Shown here: positions 9,148-16,740 of the stretch, in pieces
Position numbering within the stretch: position 1 is the stretch's first letter
How the letters are laid out: each line of letters begins with the position of its first letter
From: Planctomycetota bacterium
GTDB taxonomy: Bacteria > Planctomycetota > GCA-002687715 > CAIWVZ01
DNA length: 64,000 nt
NCBI GenBank assembly: GCA_044222185.1
Contig: JBGANV010000002.1
Span: 64,001 to 128,000 of the forward strand
Reading direction: 5' to 3'
Notes under the pieces: generated by a model
The model's database searches: none
Told to the model about the DNA's origin: nothing
What the model saw: only the letters and a program-made list of their open reading frames with translations
Position numbers and translations under genes: made by a program

Positions 9148-9978
9148 TCAAATCGACCCGTCGGCACTCCACGACTCCACTTCGATGCCTCGCCGCCGCA
9201 TCTCTTCCACGAGAGCCGTGCCGTGGCGCATTCCTTCGTCGCCCCCCGTCCGTGGCCCGTTCAGTCTCAGTCGGACCTTCCGCGGCCCCACGGCCGTGAC
9301 GAAGACCTCGACGCCGCCGAGGACCTGGTCGGCGAAGCCCACGCGCATCTCGTTCCGGCCCGACTCGTCGCGGCCGAACTCTGCGAATCGCACGAGCCGG
9401 CCGAAGTCCCCGCGGGACAAACCAGCTGGAGGTCGAACATCCGTTGGCGACTGCGCCGGTCCGGGGGCGAGGGGCGGTTCCGGGTCGACGGTCGTTCGCG
9501 GGGCATCCCCACCCGGATCGTCCGCCGATGGCCTCGATCGACCCTTCGCCGCCGTGGGGCGCTCCGCTGCCCGCGCATGGGCACCATCAGAAACCTCGCG
9601 GTGGTCCCGCGCGCGATGACGAGCGGCGGCAGGGTGCATTCGGATGTGATCGGCGACGTCCGGATCGCTCGTCTCCTCTGCCGACGGATCACCTCCCGCG
9701 CTCGCGGCCGTGTCATCCACTTCAGACGCCGGGTCCTCACGGTCGAAAGCCACTCCGCCGACCTGCACGTTCGCAATGATCGACCCGGCTTCGCCGGCGT
9801 CGCCCTCCATCGGACCGACGTCGTCGTGGACGTCCTCCGCACGCTCGGGGTTGAGTCGCTGCAGGAACTCGCGGCCCTCGCGCACCGCGTCTCGACGGAC
9901 GCGATCGTGCCGAGCGGGCACGCCGCGATCGCGACGGAGCGCACGAGGCGGATCTTTTGGCAACTCGAAGAAACTCAT
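9148..9978 (-). CDS. SctP/FliK-like length-control (ruler) protein
   Basis: Long low-complexity Pro/Asp/Ala N-terminus plus a compact C-domain (EMRVGFADQVLGGVEVFVTAVG..VRLRL...LVEEMRRRGIEV); located between sctO and sctQ. Confidence 0.6.
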   Translation of the reverse strand: MSFFELPKDPPRALRRDRGVPARHDRVRRDAVREGREFLQRLNPERAEDVHDDVGPMEGDAGEAGSIIANVQVGGVAFDREDPASEVDDTAASAGGDPSAEETSDPDVADHIRMHPAAARHRARDHREVSDGAHARAAERPTAAKGRSRPSADDPGGDAPRTTVDPEPPLAPGPAQSPTDVRPPAGLSRGDFGRLVRFAEFGRDESGRNEMRVGFADQVLGGVEVFVTAVGPRKVRLRLNGPRTGGDEGMRHGTALVEEMRRRGIEVESWSADGSI

Positions 9979-10550
9979 GTTCGCCGTCCTCCGGACCCCG
10001 GGCTGCGCTTCCGCCGATCCAGCCTCACGAGGTTCTCGTCCTCGCGCGTCGATTCGGTGATGGCCTCCTGGCGCGCCAGGAATTCCTCGATCTCGTCCAT
10101 GCGGATCGCATCGCAGATCTCGAACTGCCTCGTCGCGGTAGCGAGTTCACATCGAGCGGTCACGACGTTGTCCCACGCCCGGCGCATGACGTTGATCTGA
10201 TATCCACGCAAGCAGTTCGTCGGCCGGTTGCCGTCCGCGGTCGCCGCGTCCCCCCAGATGCGTGTTCGAAGGACTTCGAGCCAGTGTTGCTGAGCTGCGA
10301 GGAGGCCGCGGATCAGCGGATCCGGTTGAGCACCCTGGATCGCACCAAGGCGCGCGGTTCGCGTACGAAACCGTCGTGCCGCTCGCGCCGCCAGGCGCCG
10401 GAGCACGTCCTCCCCCCGTCGGGCCGCGCGATAGGCAGCACGTGCGCTGGCCAGCCGCGTCTCGGCCTCCTCGAGGTCGCGACGGACCCGGTCCAGCCTG
10501 AACTCCAGGCTGAACACGAACCCCTTCGGGTTTTGAACGACCTCCGTCAC
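9975..10550 (-). CDS. SctO/FliJ-like coiled-coil stalk protein
   Basis: FVFSLEFRLDRVRRDLEEAETRLA coiled coil, ending EDENL; immediately downstream of the ATPase. Confidence 0.65.
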   Translation of the reverse strand: MTEVVQNPKGFVFSLEFRLDRVRRDLEEAETRLASARAAYRAARRGEDVLRRLAARAARRFRTRTARLGAIQGAQPDPLIRGLLAAQQHWLEVLRTRIWGDAATADGNRPTNCLRGYQINVMRRAWDNVVTARCELATATRQFEICDAIRMDEIEEFLARQEAITESTREDENLVRLDRRKRSPGSGGRRT

Positions 10551-10553
10551 GGA

Positions 10554-11954
10554 TCACCTCCTGGTCTGAGCGCAAATGGACCCGAGGAGTTGCAGCGTCC
10601 GATCCAATGGAACGGGTGGATCCGACTTGTTTTGAGGCAGGAGCGGAGACGGCACGGTCTCCGTCCCGCCGAAGAGTGCGCGCCCGGTGATGGCCGCGAG
10701 CCGACGGTCGAAAGCCGCGCGCCCCTCGACCGGCCTGAAGTCGTCAGGGTTGCGCCGAAACTCGTACGCGGAGCGCAGGGTCTCCTCCACGAGCCGCACG
10801 CACGCGATTCGCCGTTCGGCCTCCTCGGGCGATGCGCACTCCGCATCGATCACCGCGTCCCGCACGCGACTGACGCTGTCGAAGACGTCGATACCCGGAC
10901 GCCACCGGACCCGGTCGCCCAGCGGTCGCAGATAGAGGTGCCCGTCGAGGAGGCTCTTCACCTCTTCGGCGACGACGTCCAGTGAGCCGTCGGTGGAGTC
11001 CATCAGCACCGTGTAGATCGCCGTGATCGACCCCTGCTCCGTGTTTCCGGCACGTTCGAACAACCGTGGCAGCTCGGCGAACACGGATGGCGGATAACCT
11101 CCACGCCCGGGAGCCTCCTCGAGGGCCAACCCGAGATCTCTCACGGCGCGCGCAAACCGCGTCACCGAGTCCATCAAGAGCAGGACGTCGCGGCCCATGG
11201 CACGCTCGCGTTCCGCGATCGCCGTGGCGATGTGCGCCGCGCGCAGGCGGAGGACGGCCGGCTCGTCGGACGTGGAGACGACGACGGTCGCCTGGGCGCG
11301 CGCAGCCCCCAGATCGTTCTCCAGGAACTCCCTCACCTCACGTTGCCGTTCCCCGATCAGCGCGACGACGATCGAGCGGTTCGTCCTGTCCGCGTCGGCG
11401 TCCAGGCCGCCCTGGCCGAGACGCGTGTCTCGGAAGTAACGGGTGAGCATGCCGAGGAGCGTGCTCTTGCCGACGCCGGCGCCCGCGAAAATCCCAACGC
11501 GCTGGCCTTTGCCGAGCGGAAACAAGGCATCGATGATCTTCACCCCGGTCACGAGTCTTTCCCTGACGATCGGCCGCGACAGCACGTCCATCGGGGTCGG
11601 CTCGATCGCCGCGAGGTTGGGCCTGGCTCCGTGGTCCGAGAGGCGTTGGGTGATCCGGCCGTGTGCGTTCAGGACGCATCCGCGGAGGTCTCCGTCGATC
11701 TCGGCGAGCTCACCGCCGGAAGCGGGGATGACCCGCGCACCTTCCTGCAGGCCCTGAAGCGAGCCGAACGGCATGAGGTGGACGACCTCGTCCGAGAAGC
11801 CGATGACTTCCGCGGGCACGCTCGACGCCGAGTTCACGACGATCGCACACCGTTCGCCCAGACGTGCGTCGGGCAGCGCGGCCTTGATGACGACCCCGGA
11901 CTTGGACGCCGCGCGTACGATCCCCTCGCGGCGGACTCTTGCGGACGACGTCAT
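10554..11954 (-). CDS. sctN: T3SS ATPase SctN (FliI family)
   Basis: GQRVGIFAGAGVGKST (Walker A), LLLMDSVTRFARA (Walker B), GYPPSVFAELPRLFERAG, GSITAIYTVL, LDGH. Confidence 0.95.
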   Translation of the reverse strand: MTSSARVRREGIVRAASKSGVVIKAALPDARLGERCAIVVNSASSVPAEVIGFSDEVVHLMPFGSLQGLQEGARVIPASGGELAEIDGDLRGCVLNAHGRITQRLSDHGARPNLAAIEPTPMDVLSRPIVRERLVTGVKIIDALFPLGKGQRVGIFAGAGVGKSTLLGMLTRYFRDTRLGQGGLDADADRTNRSIVVALIGERQREVREFLENDLGAARAQATVVVSTSDEPAVLRLRAAHIATAIAERERAMGRDVLLLMDSVTRFARAVRDLGLALEEAPGRGGYPPSVFAELPRLFERAGNTEQGSITAIYTVLMDSTDGSLDVVAEEVKSLLDGHLYLRPLGDRVRWRPGIDVFDSVSRVRDAVIDAECASPEEAERRIACVRLVEETLRSAYEFRRNPDDFRPVEGRAAFDRRLAAITGRALFGGTETVPSPLLPQNKSDPPVPLDRTLQLLGSICAQTRR

Positions 11955-12664
11955 GGCGCGGCCTCCATTTCGGGCTTCGAGCTGCCGATCCCCATCAGGA
12001 TCGCGAGGTCTTCGAGATCCTGCATCAACGATTCGCGGTAGCCGGCACCGCGGTCGACGTCGACGTACACGTCGTGGCGGCTCACCTCTTCCGAAGCGAC
12101 GACGCGGATCGACTCGATGTTCGGCGCGGACGCGCGGAGCCGGTCCAGCGCCGCCGTCAGGACCGACACGTCGTCCGCATGGACGCGCACGGTGACCTCG
12201 CTCCGTGCCTTCCGATTCGCCGCACCGAGGCCCCGAAGCGCCAGGCCGATCACGTGGCTCGGATCGGCCGTCAATTCGTTTCGGAGGACCTCCCGTGCGA
12301 TCTGCAACGCGCGCTCGGTCACGACGGCGTCGAATTCGGTGCGTCGTCGCAGCGTCTCGCGCTCGAGCACGTCGAGGACTTTGCGGACCATCGCCGCCCC
12401 CTCGGCGAACCCGTCCGTCCGCGCACGGTCTCGAACGGCATCGGACGCGAACGAAGCATTCTCCAGGATTCGCCGAACTCCCTTGCGCGCCGCAGCCAGG
12501 AGGGCGGCGATGCGCTCGCGGATCCGCTCCACTTCGAGATCGCACGCCGCACGGATGGCCTTCGCGTCGTCGAAGGCGGGCTTCGTCGTTCGCGCCGGTG
12601 GATCCCATGGGCCATCGAACGCCTTCCGATGGATCGTCGCCACGACCAGATGGTCACCGCTCAT
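11951..12664 (-). CDS. sctL: SctL (FliH-like stator)
   Basis: ARTDGFAEG (GxxxG), ALQIAREVL, VTVRVHADD; upstream of and overlapping sctN. Confidence 0.8.
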   Translation of the reverse strand: MSGDHLVVATIHRKAFDGPWDPPARTTKPAFDDAKAIRAACDLEVERIRERIAALLAAARKGVRRILENASFASDAVRDRARTDGFAEGAAMVRKVLDVLERETLRRRTEFDAVVTERALQIAREVLRNELTADPSHVIGLALRGLGAANRKARSEVTVRVHADDVSVLTAALDRLRASAPNIESIRVVASEEVSRHDVYVDVDRGAGYRESLMQDLEDLAILMGIGSSKPEMEAAP

Positions 12665-13577
12665 GTGGACTCCCCGGCTTTGCCTGCAACGCGAGACTCG
12701 CCTGGACACAGAGCAGCCCGACGAGGCGTCGGACTCTCTCGAGATCCAGCGGACCCGGAGTCGCGATGGGCAACGGCTCCGGCTCGGTCAGCACGGTGAG
12801 CGTCGATCGGCGGGCCCCGTCGAGGGAAACGCCCGCCGCAGAGAGCTCCGCCCGGATCCAACCGGAGACGAAGCGACGCCCGAGGTAGTAGGCGGCGCGG
12901 CGACGCATGCCGGTGACGATTCGAGATACCCGCCGCGCCGTCGCTTCCTCGGCCGCGAGACGTCGTGCCTCGAGCTCGAACGCCGACAGCCAGGCTTCCG
13001 CGGGCCAGGCTGCACCGGACGCATCATCCGGCGCACCTAGGAGCGATTGGACACGCTCGCCGACCCGGGCGCCGACATCCTGCCCGTCCTCGCCGAGAGG
13101 TCCGGCGATGCGCTGTGAGAACAGCCGCCGCGCCTCCTTCGGCCCGGTTGAACGAATGACCTGCGCGAGACCCGTGGCGAGAACCTCGATCCCGACCCCG
13201 GCGAGGAACGCCTTGAGCGCCTCGGCCTGCGCGTGTCCCTTCTCGACGGCGAGCACGAACCCTCGAAACGGCTCCGGCAGGACGGAGTACGCGTCGCGCG
13301 CCGACCGGGCGCAAAGCAGTTCGCGCCGCTCGGCCCAACGCTCGCCGCGACCCAGCCTTTCGAACGGAACCCCATCCAGGATCCCAGCTTCTTCACGTGA
13401 CTCCGCGAAGTCCTCTCGGAGCAGCGTCTGCGGCGGAACTGCCTCGTGACGCGGAAACTCCGTCGCTCCGGCGACCATGGCCAGCATGCGCGCCAGCGCT
13501 GCGCGATCGTTGACGCCAGCCAACGCGAACGAGCAGAACGCGCGGAGACGAACCGAGGGTCGAGGATTGGCCGTCAT
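12654..13577 (-). CDS. Hypothetical protein in the SctK position
   Basis: 307-aa helical ORF between sctJ and sctL; assigned by synteny only. Confidence 0.5.
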   Translation of the reverse strand: MTANPRPSVRLRAFCSFALAGVNDRAALARMLAMVAGATEFPRHEAVPPQTLLREDFAESREEAGILDGVPFERLGRGERWAERRELLCARSARDAYSVLPEPFRGFVLAVEKGHAQAEALKAFLAGVGIEVLATGLAQVIRSTGPKEARRLFSQRIAGPLGEDGQDVGARVGERVQSLLGAPDDASGAAWPAEAWLSAFELEARRLAAEEATARRVSRIVTGMRRRAAYYLGRRFVSGWIRAELSAAGVSLDGARRSTLTVLTEPEPLPIATPGPLDLERVRRLVGLLCVQASLALQAKPGSPHER

Positions 13578-13608
13578 TGCACGATGTCCGCACCTGGTTC
13601 AGGCAGAC

Positions 13609-14622
13609 TCAGGCCGAGGCTGCCGCGTCTTTCGCTGCGACCTGGGCAACGTCATCACGCGCGGCCCCGCGCCGGCGACCGAGTGCAAGCCGAAGCAGGA
13701 CGGCGACCAGGACGGCGCCGCAGCCGGCGAGGCCCCAGACCGCGGGCCATCGCATCAGGATCACGCCCTCCTCCGCAAGGGCCTTGAGGGCTGCGGCCTG
13801 AGCCTCGGGTGTCACCGTCGCTCCATCGCCGGACGGAGCTCGGCAATCCACCGCCACGTAGGTGATCGCCACATCCTCCAACCGCATGCCCTCGACCGCC
13901 TGCGCGAGGGTGGCGCAGACCTGGCTCGGGGTGAATGGCGCGTCTTCCGGAATGCCAGCCGTGGCGTCGGACGAGAACGGGCCGATCGCCACGGCATCGC
14001 TGGCGTCGGGCGACACCCCTCGTGGCCGGCTCTTCGACCGGTACCGGAGGATCACGGCCGCGGTCGAGCGGAGACCGTTCATCGGGCGCGATGCCGGCCC
14101 GTCGGCCTTGCCACGCGCGGCGTCGGCGCTCGTCGCGTTCCGAATCGCGTCCACTCCCATGGGCTTGTCCGGGATGACCACGTGAACGCGCGCGGTGATC
14201 ACGTCCGGGTGGACCTCGAACGACCGTGCCGCCTCACCCGCGAGCGCAGCCATGAGCTGCGCGCGCTCATCCGCACGCGTACGACCGAATCCCGTGCGGT
14301 TGCTGAACGCTTCGAGGCCGGAGGGCCTGGGTCGAGGCAACCCGAATGCGAGCATCTTCGCGCGCACGGTGTGGGCGACGTACCCAGGCACGACGACGTC
14401 GAACGACGCTTTCGCGCCCTTTTCCTTCGATGGGTCCACGCGCGGGGAGAGCTCGGGTCCGAGGAGGACCGCGATCTCGTTGGCGTCGTCCGCGCTCACC
14501 GCGAATGCGACCGTGACCTCGGGCGGCGTGCACGCGGTCGTCGCGAGGAGCAGTCCCGCCAGCATGGCGCAACGAAACAGGTTTCGAAACGACGAGCGAC
14601 CATCGACCTCGTGTGAATTCAT
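13609..14622 (-). CDS. sctJ: T3SS inner-membrane ring lipoprotein SctJ
   Basis: Lipobox-like LLLATTAC, DANEIAVLL, GLPRPRPSG, DVITARVHVVIP, AQAVEGMRLEDVAI, C-terminal TM; lacks the long FliF RBM3 region. Confidence 0.9.
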   Translation of the reverse strand: MNSHEVDGRSSFRNLFRCAMLAGLLLATTACTPPEVTVAFAVSADDANEIAVLLGPELSPRVDPSKEKGAKASFDVVVPGYVAHTVRAKMLAFGLPRPRPSGLEAFSNRTGFGRTRADERAQLMAALAGEAARSFEVHPDVITARVHVVIPDKPMGVDAIRNATSADAARGKADGPASRPMNGLRSTAAVILRYRSKSRPRGVSPDASDAVAIGPFSSDATAGIPEDAPFTPSQVCATLAQAVEGMRLEDVAITYVAVDCRAPSGDGATVTPEAQAAALKALAEEGVILMRWPAVWGLAGCGAVLVAVLLRLALGRRRGAARDDVAQVAAKDAAASA

Positions 14623-15074
14623 GACTGGCTCGACATCAACGTGCGAACGGCATTGGAGGCACTTCCGACGACCTGGGAGACGATGGCGACGGAAGACGAC
14701 ATCTCGTAGACGGAGGCTTGGAGCTTCAAGAACGCCTCCATCTTCTGGTTCTCGAGTTCCACCATGGCCGGGTCATCGGCGGTGACGCCCGCAGAGCGGA
14801 GCGCCTTCATCTCCGCGTTGATGCGCGAGAGGGTCGATTCGCACGCGGCGAGGCGCTCGCGAACGAATCCCGCCGGCCCGTTTCCCGCGGCGACTGCCGC
14901 GGCAGCGAATTGACCGTCAGTCGGTACGGCGACCGACGTCGGATCGACCTGCCGCGGAGGGACGACGAACGGACGCCCTCCAGCGGGAGCCTCGACGCTC
15001 TTCGGCGCCGGTACGGACGACGCGCCGTCGGGACGTGTCAGACCCGGGCTGCGGACTCCATCGATGTGCGGCAT
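14619..15074 (-). CDS. SctI-like inner rod protein
   Basis: C-terminal FLKLQASVYEMSSSVAIVSQVVGSASNAVRTLMSSQS matches the SctI pattern; disordered N-terminus; directly upstream of sctJ. Confidence 0.7.
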   Translation of the reverse strand: MPHIDGVRSPGLTRPDGASSVPAPKSVEAPAGGRPFVVPPRQVDPTSVAVPTDGQFAAAAVAAGNGPAGFVRERLAACESTLSRINAEMKALRSAGVTADDPAMVELENQKMEAFLKLQASVYEMSSSVAIVSQVVGSASNAVRTLMSSQS

Positions 15075-15081
15075 GGGAAGG

Positions 15082-15504
15082 TCACTCCGTTGCGCGGGAC
15101 GCCCGCAGGTAGACTTCGTCGAACAGATTGCGAAGCGACGGATCCATGGCGACCTGATCGGCAATCGCCGCCTTCACCTCGGGCGGGGTGCCTGGTCCGA
15201 ACGCACGGTCGATTTCCGCATCGATCACGCGATTGCGAATCGCATCCCGGCTCTCGCCGTTGCGAATGCCATCGGCGACGACGCCTCGCACGCGTTCGGT
15301 GACGCTTCCCGTCGGCACGGCGGCTTGCGTCGAAATCCCGGCCGCTCCTGGGGCCAGCCCCTGCGCGAACTCGGGCCGGTCGCTGAACCGGGCCCCATCC
15401 GCCGTCGGCGGACCGAGCCCCGGGTCCCGATGGCTCGGACCGATCGGATCCGATGGCCCCCTCGGTGGCGGGAGTGGCGAACCGGTACCTGTGATTCCAT
15501 TCAT
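15082..15504 (-). CDS. Hypothetical T3SS-cluster protein (disordered N-terminus, helical C-terminus)
   Basis: GGAGG RBS; MNGITGTGSPLPPP...; C-terminal AIADQVAMDPSLRNLF. Confidence 0.6.
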   Translation of the reverse strand: MNGITGTGSPLPPPRGPSDPIGPSHRDPGLGPPTADGARFSDRPEFAQGLAPGAAGISTQAAVPTGSVTERVRGVVADGIRNGESRDAIRNRVIDAEIDRAFGPGTPPEVKAAIADQVAMDPSLRNLFDEVYLRASRATE

Positions 15505-15534
15505 GGTGCTGCCTCCGGCCGAGTCGAAGCCGGC

Positions 15535-16026
15535 CTAAGCAGTGATCGTGGTGGCGTTGGATCCGTTGCGCCGAGCTCGGGCCACGCGTTGCAGTTCGGC
15601 CGCCGCTCGACCGCCATCCGTCCCGCGCCCGACCTGTCGAGCGCGATCGAACAGGCTCGCGATCGCCTGCGTTTCGCGCTCGTCCGCCGGAAGCCTCAGG
15701 CTCAGGTCGTGACGTGCGGCGCCCTCGAGCCCGAGGGCGAACGCCAGTTCCCCGGCGTTCAGGCGGGGTTTCGCCATCGCAGCCCGCGCATGCTGGACGG
15801 CGGCCTCGGGCCGACCCTCGAGCCACGATATGAGCGCAAGCTGGACGTCGACGAACCCGCTCTGCGGCTGGAGGATCATGAGCGCGCGATAGAGATCGCG
15901 TGCTCCGTCGAGCCACCGCAGCATCACCATGAAGTGGGCGACCTCGGCGAGGAACCGCACTCGCTCCACCCGACGGTCGTCGGGCGCGAGCCCCGCGAGG
16001 ACCTCATGTAGAACCGGCTTTTCCAT
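15535..16026 (-). CDS. TPR chaperone, SctG/CdsG-like needle chaperone
   Basis: FLAEVAHF...ARDLYRALMILQP...QLALISWLEGRPEAA TPR pattern; follows the needle-like gene. Confidence 0.6.
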   Translation of the reverse strand: MEKPVLHEVLAGLAPDDRRVERVRFLAEVAHFMVMLRWLDGARDLYRALMILQPQSGFVDVQLALISWLEGRPEAAVQHARAAMAKPRLNAGELAFALGLEGAARHDLSLRLPADERETQAIASLFDRARQVGRGTDGGRAAAELQRVARARRNGSNATTITA

Positions 16027-16062
16027 GACTCTTCCCTGGCCTCGACGGCCTGCGCCACGTCA

Positions 16063-16347
16063 TCACGGCTTGATGTTGCGGACGGCTTCCATCCCTGCGT
16101 CGTGATAGGTCTTCGAGATGTTCGATCGCAGGGAGAACTCCTGCATCACGGCTTGCATCTCGACCTGCTTCTCGAACAAGGCGTCGAGACGACTGATCTG
16201 ATCGCCGCCCCCGCCGAGACCGAGGAATGATGCGCCGATCCCCAAGGGCGAGCCGCTCAGCACCGTCGACACCGCGGCCCCGAAAGTCGTGCCTCCGAGG
16301 CTTGCACCGGAAAAACCAAGACCGCCGCTGAAGGACCCGGCACCCAT
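16063..16347 (-). CDS. SctF-like needle/filament subunit (94 aa)
   Basis: GAGGAG RBS; C-terminal QVEMQAVMQEFSLRSNISKTYHDAGMEAVRNIK matches the needle pattern SN..K..D....I..N. Confidence 0.75.
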   Translation of the reverse strand: MGAGSFSGGLGFSGASLGGTTFGAAVSTVLSGSPLGIGASFLGLGGGGDQISRLDALFEKQVEMQAVMQEFSLRSNISKTYHDAGMEAVRNIKP

Positions 16348-16400
16348 GACGTTGCTCCTCATGCTCCGCGCCCAGGATCGGGCGAGGCTCGCTGGTGATG

Positions 16401-16427
16401 ATCGGATCCGAGTCGGAGGCGTTGCGC
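16401..16427 (-). promoter_or_regulatory. Putative sigma-28-like promoter upstream of the needle gene
   Basis: Minus strand GCGCAAC-N15-CCGAT in the gap between the sctE-like and sctF-like genes. Confidence 0.6.
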
Positions 16428-16454
16428 CGCCACCCCGGATGACCCGCTCTGACC

Positions 16455-16727
16455 TCAGGCGTTTCCGAGCTTCCGCAGCTCCGCCACGAATGCCCCCGCT
16501 GCGCCGAACGCATGGTCGACGCGGTCGATGGCTTCCGCATCGTCGGTGCAGACCGAACGTGCCGACGCGAGCCAATCCCGCACTTCGCCGAGGAACCCGT
16601 CGAGTTCGGAACAGCGATCGCCGCTCCAGGACGCCGTCAGCATCCGGTGCAGGACGTCGCCCCCTCGAAGGGGTTCCGCGGGCTTGGATTCCGGCTGATC
16701 TGCCGGCGCTCGATCTGACGCGTTCAT
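16455..16727 (-). CDS. Small helical protein, SctE/CdsE-like needle co-chaperone
   Basis: 90-aa helical-hairpin-like ORF (..HAFGAAGAFVAEL) directly upstream of the needle gene; GAGGAG RBS; assigned mainly by synteny. Confidence 0.5.
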   Translation of the reverse strand: MNASDRAPADQPESKPAEPLRGGDVLHRMLTASWSGDRCSELDGFLGEVRDWLASARSVCTDDAEAIDRVDHAFGAAGAFVAELRKLGNA

Positions 16728-16740
16728 CACCTGCTCCTCC

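Noticed and set aside
10554-11954. F1 ATP synthase subunit
   Set aside because: The motifs (FAGAGVGKS, DSVTRFARA, GYPPSVF) and neighbouring genes are those of FliI/SctN.
4443-14622. Flagellar biosynthesis operon (fliH-I-J-K-N-O-P-Q-R-flhB order)
   Set aside because: No FliF, FliG, FliE, rod, hook, flagellin or mot genes; the ring protein is a short SctJ lipoprotein, SctR lacks the FliP signal peptide, and needle- and inner-rod-like genes are present.
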